Shown: positions 1 to 12,775, counted from the whole stretch's first letter. The stretch is DNA of 61,982 bases, filler included, from Hausera hauseri (GCA_046269625.1; 10 parts of 10 records of this genome joined end to end with filler, not necessarily neighbours in it), one strand, 5' to 3'. Notes: a model not told the origin generated them from the letters alone. Translations and numbers: made by a program.

Positions 1-439
1 CAATTTCTCGTCGAATGAAGAACATTGAACTAGTTGATCCTCACAATCAGCCATTTGGGCATGTCCATGTTGATGGAAAATGTGACTATTCGTCGTCGCT
101 GATTCTGCAACATCACTAGTCGATGAAATAAAATCGAGATCATTCTGACAGGTATCACTGGATACGCCACTGGTTCTGAATGGTTGGGCAATTGCATAAG
201 TTGTCTGCAGTTGGTTATTGGTGCTACTGTTGATGGTGCTACTGTCACTTGACAATGTGGTAATATGCATGAATATGGAATTGCTGTTATTGTGTCCATT
301 ACTGTCACTTATTATAGTATATCTATCGGCCAACACCGCAATTTGTGAAGCCATTGGCGATATCCGGAGGTGCACCAGATTAAGTACAAAATATTCGCTG
401 ACTTTAAGCATCTGTGAATTGTATTGTGCTTTATATTGA

Positions 440-3400
440 TTGGTGAGATTGGAACATGACAAAAGCGTTGGATGCCCTGTACTGATGTTTCCCTGCTATA
501 AATGCTAAATGTGACTGCGCGTTTTGTCTGTATGCGGTGTGTTTGATTGCATAGGTTGAATTTGGGGTAAAAGTTGTCAGATTTAGTTATGATTGTTGTG
601 TCGTGCAAAGACGAATCAGAATAAAGAGAAAAAGAAAGTGAAGGAGGAAGAGGGATTGTAGGAGTTGGACGGTTGAATGTGTTCAAGATTGTCAGGAGAC
701 AACGACTGACAAAAGATGTAGTGACGGATGAAGGATGAGATGAAAATTCAAGTAGAAATTGGAATTGTGTTAGGCGAACGAGTAGGAGCAGAAAATAAAA
801 CAGAGGGATGGGTGGAGATAGGAATAGAAGTAGAAGTGGAAGAAAATGATGAAGCAGAACTAGTAGCAGAATGAGGAGGTGAAACAAGTGTAGCAATGGA
901 TATAGGAATAGCAGGAAATATAGTAGTGAGAAAAGAGGTTGACTTGTCGATTTGTGAAATGTCGTCGACAAAGAAGACGGGCTTTAAGTTGGTAATATGC
1001 ACTGTAAGCTCCTTGCCGTCTTTAGAAATAATAGCATTGTGCCAATGCACCTGTAACAGTTTATGGAGCCCCAGATACCTCAGCTGGAAACCGCACGGCG
1101 TTTGATTTTTTAGCCATACGAATTTTGCCGAATACAAGTCTTTAGGTAATATGTTTTGTCTTTGTGAAGTAGCCTACAGAAGGAATCTTTGCTAACCGTA
1201 ATGAAGTCATTTTGCGCCGCTTGCATCGTTTCATTTGTAGGAGTGTCGTCTAGTGCAGTAAGTTTGAATAGTGATCGTACAGGAGCTCCGAATAAGGCTT
1301 CAGTAGATGAGCATCCCGTAGAAGTGGACGGAGTGTTCCGTCAGTCGAGCAGAACAAACGGAAGAAGATTCGTCCAAATACTATTAGACTCTGCAAGCAT
1401 TCTTAGTGACGTTTTCAATGTCTAGTGGAAACGTTCCAAAAGGCCATTCGATTGGGGGTGATAAGGCGTAGTACGTATATGACAGATCCTCAATCGGTTA
1501 ACAAGGGATTTGAACAGGTTGGATTCAAACTGTGGACTCTGCTCTGTGATGATGAAACAAGGTGATCCAAACCTGATAATCCATGTACAAATGAAAACGT
1601 CAGCTATAGTATCGGTGTTTGTGCTCCACAGAGGGATGGCTTCTGGCAAATGCGAAGAACGCTCCATTATGGTGAGAATGAATTAATGACCGTTGTCTGG
1701 AGGAAGAGGGCCAACGATGTAGATGTGCACGGATTCGAAACGCGATGTCCAGGGGAAGTGGAATAGTGGTGGCTTTAAATGCTTAGTTGTTTTGTACCTT
1801 TGGCAAGCCACACACTCCTTAACCCATGCCTGCACATCGCAACGCATTGACGGCCAAATTACTTGTCGGTGGAGTAAACTAAAAGTGGCTTTAGCACCAG
1901 AGTGGTGTAGCAAATGAACACTGTTGAATGCTTGCCTTTGCAACGGTGGTGCAAGAATTATTACGCAGTGACCTGGTTTGGAAGTATCTAAAGCCACGCC
2001 ATCAACAATTGTGCAAGACTTGAAAGAATTTAGCATGTCCTGAGGTGGCTGGTTCTGTTGAAGTTGGGCTTGCATAATAATCGGTGAAAAATAAATCGAA
2101 CTAACCGACCTAGATAAAAGGTCGGCAACTAAATTATTAACCCCGTTAATGTGTTTTATGTCGAAGTTAAATGTCGATAAGTATGATATCTGTCGTTCTT
2201 GGCGTGTGGAAGGATGTTTCATAGTCATGATGTTAAGTATGAGTTTGTGATCGGTCTGTATGGTAAAATGGCGAGCGACAAGCAGGTGGGAAAAATGCTT
2301 TAGAGCAAGAACGATAGCCAATAATTCTCGATCGAAAGTTGAATATCTAGTTTCAGGGGATGTTAGCTTACGAGAAAAAAATTCTAGCGGTTGATTTTCT
2401 CCTTTGTGGATTTGGTGGAGTACAGCACCTACTGCAGTAGTTGAAGCGTCTGTAGTAAGGATTAGTTCGGCGTCTGGCTTGGGGAAATCTAGAATGTCGA
2501 CGGTCTTAATTCCTTCGCGTAACTTATCAGACTTGTCAACCAATCCAGGTGTCCACTGGATTGGCTGATGTTTTTTTCCACCGCTTAAGTGTGCAAATGG
2601 TGCCGTCAATTTAGAGCAATATGGTACATATTTATGTACAAAGTGTAGTGTACTAAGGTAGCTGCGCATTTCGGTGGTCGTACGTGGTAACTGGGTATTT
2701 TTAAGGGCTTCAACTCGGTCTAGTTGAGAAGAGTGGCCGTCTGGTGAAATAACTTGCCCAAAAAAGTTGGTGCCTTTTTTGAAGAAATGGCATTTGTCAA
2801 AATTGACTTGGAGATTATGGTGGTTAAAGCGCTGGAATATTGCGCGAAGGTGTTCCTCGTGTTGTTTGGCCGAAGAGGAAACGATCAGAATATCATCAAT
2901 GTAAAGGTGCGCAAACGGAAAATCTGAGGGAATTAAGTAGATATGTCGCTGGAAAGTGTGTACGGCATTTTGTAAACTGAAAGGCATAAACAGGTACTCG
3001 TAAAGGTCAAAAGGAGTGGTGACAGCAGTCTTTTCTATGTCTTCGGGTGCAACTGGTATTTGGTGGTATGCTTTGGCCAAATCGATGGTCGAATAAATTG
3101 TGTTGAACTAAGGCGATACAAGACATCCTTTATGAGTGGCAGAAGGTACGGGTCCATAATTGTCAAGTTGTTCAATTGTCGGTAGTCACCACATGGTCTA
3201 AAAGTACCGTCCTTTTTTGTACAACATGTAAAGATGAGGACCAAGGAAATTTTGGAACGGCGTACAATTCCGGAGCGTTCTAGTTCAAGAAATTCGGCTT
3301 CTACAGCCTGCCTACGACGAAGTGACAGTGTTCGTACCTTTTGGCGTATTGGTCGTTGATGCTGTGTAATTATGTGATGTACAGTGCTGTTTGTAGGGGA

Positions 3401-4212
3401 AAATTTACGATCTTTTTTGAGTATTCGTGGACATGATGTGTTGACGAATTACTGTAAAGTTGTAGGTAACTGTGAGAGATTCGGTGATGATCGTAAAACA
3501 CCTTGAGTAGTAGTGAATGCAATTTGTGAATTGTTTGACAATGTGCAGTCAAGTGGTATTTGGTGTAAGATGGTCGAATTTAAAATGGTGTTAAATGAAG
3601 TGATTTCTTCGAGTGAATTAACGTTGGTGACAGTACCACAATTAACGACATCGAACCTCGACTGACTGTCAATACTATGATTGAAAAATTTACGAATTGA
3701 ATTATTGCTATGAAAATTCGAATTATTTATTGATTTTCTAAAAATTTACTTCCGCATTCCGATCAACTGCGCGGTAGTCTAAATGCTATTTATATGCTCA
3801 GCAACGCTGCCAGTTATGCCGCTCTTCAGACATCGTTGACAGCAGTCAACCAATAAATTATAATGCGATAAACATAGGACCCTAGAATTGCCTTCTGTAC
3901 GTTAGAAACTACGAACGTCCAGTGGAAAGGTGAAGGAAATTTTGGTAAGATAAAAGATAATTTAGCCATGCCAGAAATGTGCAGCGGTTGACCTGAAGCG
4001 GTGTATAAGGGCTTAATTCTGAATGGTGAATTTTGTACAGGAAAAGTTTGTGGTAATAAAAAAATTGCTGAACCTGTATCAATGAGGAAATCAAAGGATT
4101 GCGTTGTGGGAGAGGTAATTGCAGCCTTTAGAATAAAAACAGAAGAGGCGTGTCGGCATTCGGAAAGTGAAGTAGTGCCTTTGCCAGAGTTTGCCGTGAC
4201 TTCTGGCGGCAA
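440..4212 (-). pseudogene. pol: pol (PR-RT-RH-IN with Ser/Pro-rich tail), disrupted
   Basis: ORF pieces 3826-4212, 3035-3244 (KKDGTFRPCGDYRQLN), 1683-3080 (AYHQI, YIDD, HH-CC zinc motif), 1422-1667, 748-1137. Confidence 0.92.
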
Positions 4213-4224
4213 ATTTAGTTTTTT
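4185..4224 (-). promoter_or_regulatory. Putative -1 ribosomal frameshift signal at gag/pol junction
   Basis: A-AAA-AAC immediately before gag TAA, followed by TTTGCCG...CGGCAAA / GCCAGA...TCTGGC stems; similar in copies 2 and 3. Confidence 0.6.
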
Positions 4225-5300
4225 GAAAAGGTGAACTAGGACGACTATTGGAAAAAAGGTAGCACGTCCATCGTTCGTATCTGGTTTGAAAGTGCAGCCT
4301 GGAATGCATCTGCGAACTTGCTTTTTAAATCTTGCATGATAGATGCAAACAACAGTGTCTGAAAAAAACGTTTATTATAAAATTTGCACCCTAGGCAGCA
4401 TTTTTGGCACTTTCATTGAATCGGCTGTGATAATAGCAGATAGACGACTGCGCAGGCGATGATGGCAAGTTCCTAGATGCAGAATAGGTGCGGTCAGCAA
4501 CAAAATCTCTTCAGTGGGACAGGGAAAGTTCATTTAATTTGTTGTTAGTATTGTTAATTGTTGCGTGTCGTGTGGTAGTTTTGACAAGTAACTGATTTTC
4601 TTGTTGCTCTATTAATGTGTTGTTGTTTTGGATACCGTTAGTAGCAACTGCCGCCGAAACGATTGGTGGGGAGTTTAAGTGTAGAACGTCATGTGACATG
4701 CCGGCTAATTCGGCCAGTTTCTCAACAGCCGTGGAGTCCTCCACCACGGTATGTAGAGCCCGAATTTGGATGGGTTACGCGTTGAGGAAGTAGTGTCGCA
4801 TTAGTTCTGGATTGTGTTATTTAGTGATGCCAAAGGTTTGGAGATGTGCCAAAGAATTGCGTAAAAAGTCTGATGGTCGCTGTGTGCCTATAGCGTTTTG
4901 GTGGAAGAAGCGTTGTATGGTCGTGTTCATTGAGGGTTCCGTGATTTTAAGAACAGCGTTGAAGAGTTGTGAATATGGATCAGGGAGTTCAAAGATTTCA
5001 ATAATATTGTGAATTTGTGTTTTGATACTGTTAGGGAGTAAGAAGAGGAGGTTGTGTGCTTTAGTGACGGAATCGGTAACGTTATTGGCTTGCAGCCACA
5101 GTTGGTGGAATTGCAACCAAGTTTTGGTGGAACCTTGGTTGTCAATAAAGAATTCAGTGCAGTGAGGGAAAGGGGCGGTATACCTAGTAGGTTAAAAGTT
5201 ATTAGCGGAAATAGGGGTGGGTTTTTGAAGCAGAATCACAGATTTTGGCTTCATGGTGGTTTTATCCATGGTGTCTATGGTTTTCGATGAAATCATGCCA
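4215..5300 (-). pseudogene. gag: gag, disrupted, two CHCC motifs
   Basis: IGTQRPSDFL capsid-like motif; ICYYHSRF..KCCLGCKF and VCIYHARF..RCIPGCTF; ends at AAAAAAC-TAA. Confidence 0.85.
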
Positions 5301-5618
5301 CCACGGATGCGGAAATGTCTATGGAGGTTGATATAAGTTGAGGAAGATTGTAAGGTTCCAGCTATAGGTACGGTATATTCATTGTGTGATATAAAAGTCA
5401 GATGAGGGACGAAAAGTGGAGATGACGTTGTAGAAATCTGTAGTGTTTGCGTGTGTTGATGCAATTGTGTAAATGTGTTAATTGTTTAAAAAGAAGACAG
5501 ACAATGATGTGAACGTATAGCCAGGGGCATGTTGTGGGGCGTCAGTGAACGGTGACGTCCGACCTAATAGTATAGGATGGGCGGCCGGGACTTTAGCCTC
5601 GCAGCAGCGGATCCTACA

Positions 5619-5633
5619 CTTCGGGGTGACCGA
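5619..5633 (-). promoter_or_regulatory. Degenerate primer binding site (tRNA-Trp type)
   Basis: TCGGTCACCCCGAAG resembles TGGTGACCCCGACG used by CsRN1-clade elements; correct position upstream of gag. Confidence 0.5.
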
Positions 5634-5946
5634 GTTTCCCGCAGGCATGGTAGGTTCGGGTCGCGTGTTATCAGACGTGTATTTGATGACTATTGGAATC
5701 GGACGGCTTCACAGTCAAAGTATAAATATGGTCTTTGCTGGTTTGTAAAACCAGTGTTCTCTCCCGGTGGAATGTGAAATGACATGAATCCCGATTTTAC
5801 GACGAATAAAACTGACGGTGCATGTCGGATAGGTGGTACTTCGGTTGGGCATTATTTATTTACTGTAACAGTTTAGCACTAGGTATCGAGGGTTGTGATA
5901 TCACTGATAAGTCGGAGTACGTATTGAATGTTCGAGATTTTTGCCA

Positions 5947-6535
5947 TTATAGATGACTCTTGCTTACGAACGCACGTTTCATAGAATATGTAAGTGTTAG
6001 GAAGCAAGTGTGCGCATTGTAGCTTTCAACTGCTTCATGTGTGGAGACAGGACCCAAAATCGTTAGAGAAACTGAACTTAAACTCCTTGGTCCCATAACG
6101 GTTAAATTAACTTGAAGTTTGTCAATGGCCTTCAATAATGAATGATCTGGCTGTCCCCATAACGTAATCCATTCACGATTTAATTTTCGTATAGAACTTT
6201 GACCCATAAGTTCTTAATGCTCTTGTTTCATTTTTACATTTTACAGTGATCGTGTCGTATTTTGCAAAATCAAAATCAAATTCATCAGTTAGCAAAACAA
6301 TTACAGGTGGCATGATCATATGAAAAACAAACAATTTATCAACTTTAAAAAATGGATTACTAACTACATACCAATCAAATTTATGCGCCGATGCCATACT
6401 TCCATCTACAACACCTAGAACGTTCTTTGATTGAGTTTCACCACCCATACGCATGCAAAGAAGTAAAATAAGAAACAAATCCTGATAACGAGCAAAATAT
6501 CCACAAGCCAACTGTGATTGAACAAAAACTTGCAA
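5947..6535 (-). pseudogene. Unknown protein, frameshifted (family shared with 20395-21640)
   Basis: ORFs 6173-6535 and 5947-6207 overlap by a frameshift; motif YD-x15-YG-x3-Y...WGQPDHS. Confidence 0.4.
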
Positions 6536-6602
6536 AAGTTAAAATGGCTAAGAATTTCAAAATTCAATTTAGAACCAACACTGTTTATTTTTATTGCATG
6601 AT

Positions 6603-7020
6603 TTAAACAAACACTTCCGAATTCAACAAAGAGAAAGTTGGTGATATTATTCCAGCAGTCGAATCGGAATTATTATCCGTGATTGTTTCAATGTTAACAA
6701 CACTGGCATTCAGTCGACGTTTTCTATTATGATCATGCTTCGCCGTTGAGGAAATGGTGGGCTTACCACTATGACTTATTTCATTTCTGCAAAAAACTTT
6801 TGTAAAAAGCAACTTCTTTGTCAAGGGATGCCAAAAGACTGATCAACGTTTGTATATATTTAGCTGTTAACTGGAGGATTGAAGCTTTACTCAGTTTTTT
6901 CCATGGAAATCGGTAAAAGTTGCTTCAATATTTCAAATCCCGTTAATACTTGCATTCGTCGTCGTTCAATGCTATTTGTAACTTCTCGTTTCATTTTCTT
7001 GTCGTATTCATACACTTTCT
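6603..7020 (-). pseudogene. TFAP4: AP-4/cropped-like bHLH transcription factor pseudogene
   Basis: KREVTNSIERRRMQ..GFEILKQLLP then (frameshift) KKLSKASILQLTAKYIQTL, matching AP-4 RREIANSNERRRMQSINAGFQSLKTLIP..EKLSKAAILQQTAEYI; downstream RKRRL basic patch. Confidence 0.8.
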
Positions 7021-7917
7021 TATAACCATGTTCACTCCTGACTTTACAAACATATCCCACTTCACATTTCGTAAGGACATGTCGTTTGTCTAATATATCC
7101 ACATTATTTGATATTTTCTGAAGATAATTAATTGCACAATATAAAATTCCAATAATATAAAACAAAACTGAATCACGAATTTATATTAAAATAATGATTT
7201 CGTAAAACCAGTTGTTTAATAAGCCACAATGGAAAATGAAAACTGAATGTAATAATTGTCATAAGAATGTTTTGAATGGGCTTCGTCTATTTTGTGTTTC
7301 TATCCGACGTTTTGTGATTGTTAAAAATATTGGCTTCTTCTGTTTTACAATTTTCTTAATTGATTTATATGGAAAATGTTTCAGACGTGAAGCTAAAAAT
7401 AATCATGTTAGTCTAGATTTAGAAGGCAGTTGTCTGATTAGGGTAACTCATTAGTATTTTACAGATTCAATATTTTTGTTTTATTAAAACAAACAGAAAG
7501 ATCGACAAAAACTACAAGCGGACCTGAGATCGAAAATCGCTGTCACTAAAATCGGGAGTATTTAACATCCCGGCTAATTCCAACGAATTGACTTTTGGAC
7601 ATTCGTTCATTGAGTTTGGAGTCGAAACTCGTAACGATTTTATGGTGCAGCGTTGGACTGGTCTGTTCGGCGAAAAACGTTGGAAATCAATTGATTTGTG
7701 ACGTTTTTCGGAATTTCTGTATGAATCGCGTATCCCTTTTGGACGAATTTAATCCAGTCAGCGAGTGAGATATGTTTTCATCAAGGTAACAGATTTTCAC
7801 AATTTCTTGTAAAAGCGGCCATAACACTTCCTTCATGTTTAAGCTTTCATAATGACAAAGTTTATTGAAAACTTCCTCGATATAGTTTGAGTAACTTGGA
7901 TTATTTGTTAGGTCAAA

Positions 7918-8015
7918 AGATCGGGGCCCGCCTATGGGCCCGATGCGGCGGCAACGGACGCCCGGCCGTGTCCAACCAAATGGACCAGATTGCGCCGGCC
8001 GCTGTGCGCACCACA
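7918..8015 (-). repeat. Truncated 3' LTR of copy 2
   Basis: TG start directly after purine tract; GC-rich stretch ends abruptly near 7918. Confidence 0.55.
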
Positions 8016-11000
8016 TTGCCCCCCGCATGGCAAAATGAAAGCTATAAAGGGTAAGAGGCAGAGAGAAAAAGCCGCAAAACGAAAAAGTGTCTGTGTCAGT
8101 CGGTCTTAGTGTGGACAAGACGTTGGATACCTTCTACTGATTTTTCCCTCCTATACTTCCTGAATGTGACTCTGCGTGTTTTGTTTTTATGTTGTGTGTT
8201 TGTTTTAAGAAATTGAAGTTGAGGAAAAAAGTTGTCGGATTTTGTTGTGAGTATTGTATCGTGAGAAGAGGAATCAGTATAAAGAGAAGAAGAAGGTGAA
8301 GGAGAGGGAAAGATTGTTGAAAACGGAGTGTTAAAGATATTCGAGGTGTTAGAAGATGGAGGGAGGATAATAGGTGTAATGGCTGATTAAGGAAGAGAAA
8401 GAGAAGTTGGAGTAGAAATTGGAATTGAGTTATGCGACAGAGTAGAAGTGGAAGATGAAATAGAGGTAGTGGTAGAGAGAGAAAGAGATAGGAATAGAAG
8501 TAAAGAGAGGAAGAGGTTGCGAAACGGCAGTGAGGGGGTAGAAAACGATGTGTCTGGGGGAAGGGAGAAAGAAAGCGCCGAAGATGAGGAAGGTGTGGAA
8601 AGAGATGGCGAGAGAGAGAAAAAATGAACGGTGAAGAGGTGCAAGGCGGAAAAAACGAGAAGATGGAGAAGGCAGGTTGTTGTGAGGGGATGAAAGAGGT
8701 GTGAGAATGCTTGAAGGTGAAAAATCGAATGAGTAGAAAGGGGCTGGATTATGAGAAGAAATTGAAGTGGACGTTTTGGATTAAAACATTGAGCAGAGAT
8801 GGAAAGTAAATTATTGGATTGCTGTGCATCGTATAAGGATGTTGGTGGAGAATTGACTTCGATGGGAGAAGTATCGTCAATGAAGAAGGCCGGCTTAGCG
8901 TTGTTGATGTAAACTGCTACTTCTTTGTCGTCTTTGAGAATGATAATGTTGTGGGAGTGTAGGCGAATTACTTTGTAAGGGCCGACATACTGAGGTTGAA
9001 AACCACACTGTGTTTGATTTTTTAACCAAACAAACTTGACAGTATATAAATCGTCGGGTATGTAGGGTTTATTTGAGTATAACAGTCTGCATAATAAGTC
9101 TTTGCTGATCTCAACGAAGTGTCTCTGTGCCGCTTGTATGGTTTTGTCTGTATGAGTATTGTCAGCTCGAATAATGATCTGATGAAAGTGCCAAATAATG
9201 TTTCTGCAGGTGAACAGCCTGTAAAAGTAGATGGTGTGTTCGGCCAGCCAAGCAGAACGTACCGAAGGAGTGTAGTCCAACTGCGATTAGACTCAGCAAG
9301 AATTTTGAGAGACGTTTTCATCGTTCGGTAAAAGCGTTCTAGAAGGATGTTTGTTTGGGGATGGTATGGTGACGTGTAAATGTGGTTAATTCCCAATCGA
9401 TTGACGAAAGCTTTAAACAGGTTGGATTCGAACTGTGGACCTTGGTCCGAAACGATGTGGCGAGGTGATCCAAACCTGCTGATCCAAGTGCGGATGAAAA
9501 CGTCTGCGATAGTTTCTGTGTTGGTGCTCCGAAGCGGGACAGCCTCTGGCCATCGCGAGAAACGGTCCATCATTGTGAGGATGGACTTATGGCCGTTGTC
9601 TAAGGGTAGTGGGCCTACAAGGTCAATGTGAACAGATTCAAAACGAGACGTGCAAAGGAAATGAAATAATGGTGGCTTTAGGTGCTTAGTAACTTAATAT
9701 TTTTGGCATGCCACACATTGTTTAACCCATGCCTGCACGAAAGAGCGCACTGACGGCCACACTACTTGGCGTTGTAAGAGGTGAAAAGTGGCCTTGGCAC
9801 AGCACGAATGTACACTGTGGAACGCTTTGTTTTGAAGCGACTCATAAAGAATGATTTTGGGATTATTAGGTTTGGAGGTGTCAAAGGCCACACCGTCGAT
9901 GGTGTTGCAAGATTTAAAAGATTTAAGAATGTCAGAAGGTGGCTGGTTTTATTGAAGTTTGGATTGAGGAAAAATTGGTGTAAAATCAATCGAGCTGACC
10001 GATCGGGGCAAAAATTCACCTACTAAATTGTTGACTCCGTTTAGGTGCTTAATTTTCAAAATAAATGTTGACAAATACGATATTTGCCTCTCCTGACGTG
10101 GAGAAGGCGATTTCTTGGTGAGAATTTAAAGCAAAGGTTTGTAGTCCGTTTGTATTGTGAAAGTTCGTGAAGTTAGCAAATGTTTTAAGTGTTTTGCAGC
10201 GAGGACTATTGCACGTAACTCTCGGTCAAAGTTGGAATATCTTTGCTTTTGTGGTGAATTTTCGAGAAAAGAATTCCAGTGGCTCATGGAATGCATTTTT
10301 AACTTGATGGAGGACAGAACCTACAGCTGTTGTGGATGCGTCGATGGTTAAAAAGAGTTCTGCATGGGAATCTGGATAGGCCAAAATTTCCACAGTTTTT
10401 AAATTGTCTTTGAGGTGATCGAAAGCGCTGACTAGCTTAGTGATCCATTGAATAGGCTGTTTCTTCTTGCCAGAGCTTAGTGATGCAAATGGAGCGGTTA
10501 CAGTAGAATAGTGAGGAACGTACTTATGAATAAAGTGCAAGATTCTGAGGAAAAAACGCATCTCTGTTGATGTACGTAGTAGTTGTATGTTTTGAGCTGT
10601 GTGATGCGGTCTGGCTGATGTGAATGTCCGGAAGAGCTAATAACATGTCTTAGGAAATTGACCTTGTGTTGAAAAAGGAGCATTTAGAAAAATTGATTTG
10701 CAAGTTGTTTTGGTGCAAGCGCTGGAAGATTAGATATAAGTGTTCGGAGTGCTGTTCGAGGAAGATTATGCAATTAAGATGTCATCACTATATGTATAGG
10801 CTAAGTCTAAACCTAATAGGACTGTATTTATATGCCTTTGGAAGGTCTTGGAAGCGCTACGGAGTCCAAAAGGCACGAAAAGGTATTCCAAAAGGTCGGA
10901 AGGCGTAATGACATCCGTTTTCGGAATGTTTGCTGGGCATTTTGTGGTATGCTTTGTGCAAATCAATGCAGGAAAAGATGGTCGAACCATGGAGCCTGTG

Positions 11001-12675
11001 AAGGATGTCGTTGATTAATGGTAGAAGGTAGGCATCCATTGTTGTTATGGTATTGAGTTGGCGGTAATCGCCGCATGGGCGAAAGGTGCCATCTTTTTTG
11101 GAACCATGTGCAGTGGTGAAGACCAAAGGGATTTAGATTTTCTGATTATGCCTGATCTACCCAGTTCGAAAAATTCAGCCTTCACTGCCTGTCTGCGACG
11201 AGGCAATAGCGAGCGGACCTTTTGCCGTATTGGTCTCTGATGTGCTGTTACTATTTGATGGAAGGTGGATTGAGGTGGTACGAATGATTTGTCCTTTTGC
11301 AACAGACGCGTGCAGGAGGACGAAATTTATTGCTGTAGATCAGAACGCAACGATGAAAAGTTATCTGATGGTGTATATGCATCGTGACTGGATGCAGCTG
11401 AGGTATGAGTTGTAGACGAGGTGTTGTGACTGGGTGGTATTTGGTGAAGGATGTTCGTGTTGAATATGGTGTTAGCAGTTGTGCTATTAGTAATAGGTGC
11501 CACACAGTTGGTAATATTGTATTTGTCACCGTAGTAAAAATTTCTGTATAATAAGTGATTATAAAATAATTTAGGTCGGAAGTCGTTTGCTTCAGTATCG
11601 ACTTGTTGGAAACGATCATCCTGGTGGTTATCGAAATGTTGCTAATTTGATTAAAATTATTTCCACACTTTAAGGAACATTGCTTGCAAGTAAATTGTAG
11701 TGGGACAGAAAGTCTAAACCCAACATAGGTGTGCGTACATTAGCTATTGTAAATTTCCATGTGAATGTGTTTGTGAAATGTTGAAGAGTGAATGTTAATG
11801 TGGTAACTCCAAAAATTTGTAAAGGTTCACCGCACGCAGTGAACAGTTGCTTTTGTGAAGTGTAATTATTTTGGATGTGTTGTGTTGGTGGCAGTAAAGA
11901 GATTGCTGCGCCGGTGTCTATAAGAAAATTAATGTTTTGCTTTGTTGGAGTGACAGCTGCTTCTTCCAACGTGAATATAGCAAAGGAAATGTGTCGGCTA
12001 TCTTTTTGCAGGTTGTTGCCTTTGCCAGAACTTCCCGTGTGTCCTAGCGGCGAAATCATTTTTTGTATCTGGTGCGTTTGGCCTACTGTTTTGTGTGAAT
12101 TTAGTAGTGTTGATTTGGTTGTGCGTGTTGTAGTTACAGCCAGGTAGGCATTTTTGTGCTTTGTTCCAAATTTTATGTGATAGATGCAAACTATGTTGCT
12201 TGTATTAAAATCGGGAGAGTAAAATTTACAACCGATGCAGCATTTCTGAGCATTATTACCAAATTTGTTGTGGTAGTAGCAAATAGACGACCGCGCGGGA
12301 GAAGGCGACCATCTTTGTCGTTGATTAAATACATTAGTGGGAGCAGCCCTAGAAAAACTCCGTCGAGGCAGCGTTAATTCCTTTAATTTTTCATTTATGT
12401 TGTTAATTGTTTTTTGCAACATTTCATTTTCTGTGCGTGATTGCGCAATTTGTTGCTGCAGCATTGCATTTTGTTGTTGTTGGTCTGTTGTTAATTCCGT
12501 AGAGATGGTTGATGATGTGTGTGAGTGCAGTACTTCATATGCTTTGTCCGCCAGTTCGTCTAGCTTTTTCAGAGCCGTGGAGTCCTCGACCACAGTAAGC
12601 AAAGCTCTTATTTGAAGGGGCAATGCATTTAAAAAATAGCGACGAAGAAGTTCTGGACTATGCTCAGATGTTACG
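7918..12675 (-). mobile_element. Degenerate CsRN1-like Ty3/gypsy element (copy 2), 5' end cut by gap
   Basis: Gag CHCC x2, PR FLIDTGAAI, RT RPCGDYRQLN/YSDD, RH TIDAS, IN VSDQGPQFES, VGPY; PPT GCGGGGGGCAA then TGTGG LTR start at 8015. Confidence 0.93.
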
Positions 12676-12775
12676 NNNNNNNNNNNNNNNNNNNNNNNNN
12701 NNNNNNNNNNNNNNNNNNNTTAATTAATTAANNNNNNNNNNNNNNNNNNNNNNNNNNNNNNNNNNNNNNNNNNNN
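12676..12775. other. Artificial contig spacer N44-TTAATTAATTAA-N44
   Basis: Exactly 100 nt with a six-frame stop linker; identical at nine positions. Confidence 0.98.

Larger units (their letters stand above)
440..5940 (-). mobile_element. Degenerate Ty3/gypsy LTR retrotransposon, CsRN1-like clade (copy 1)
   Basis: Order gag (CHCC motifs) - PR (FLIDTGSAI) - RT (YIDD) - RNase H ([15 protein letters not shown]) - IN (YHPQSNGLLER); degenerate tRNA-Trp-type PBS near 5620-5633; many stops and frameshifts. Confidence 0.93.

Noticed and set aside
312-971. Leu/Phe-rich membrane protein ORFs (also parts of 8387-9280)
   Set aside because: Off-frame reading of the pyrimidine-rich Ser/Pro integrase tail produces spurious hydrophobic runs.
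11670-12623. Natural in-frame gag-protease fusion in copy 2
   Set aside because: A 1-nt indel in the second CHCC motif shifts gag into the pol frame; the slippery site is still present.
12720-12731. Recurrent palindrome TTAATTAATTAA as a biological repeat or recombination site
   Set aside because: Always centred in exactly 44+44 Ns; a synthetic six-frame stop linker. ORFs running into it (X residues) are artefacts.
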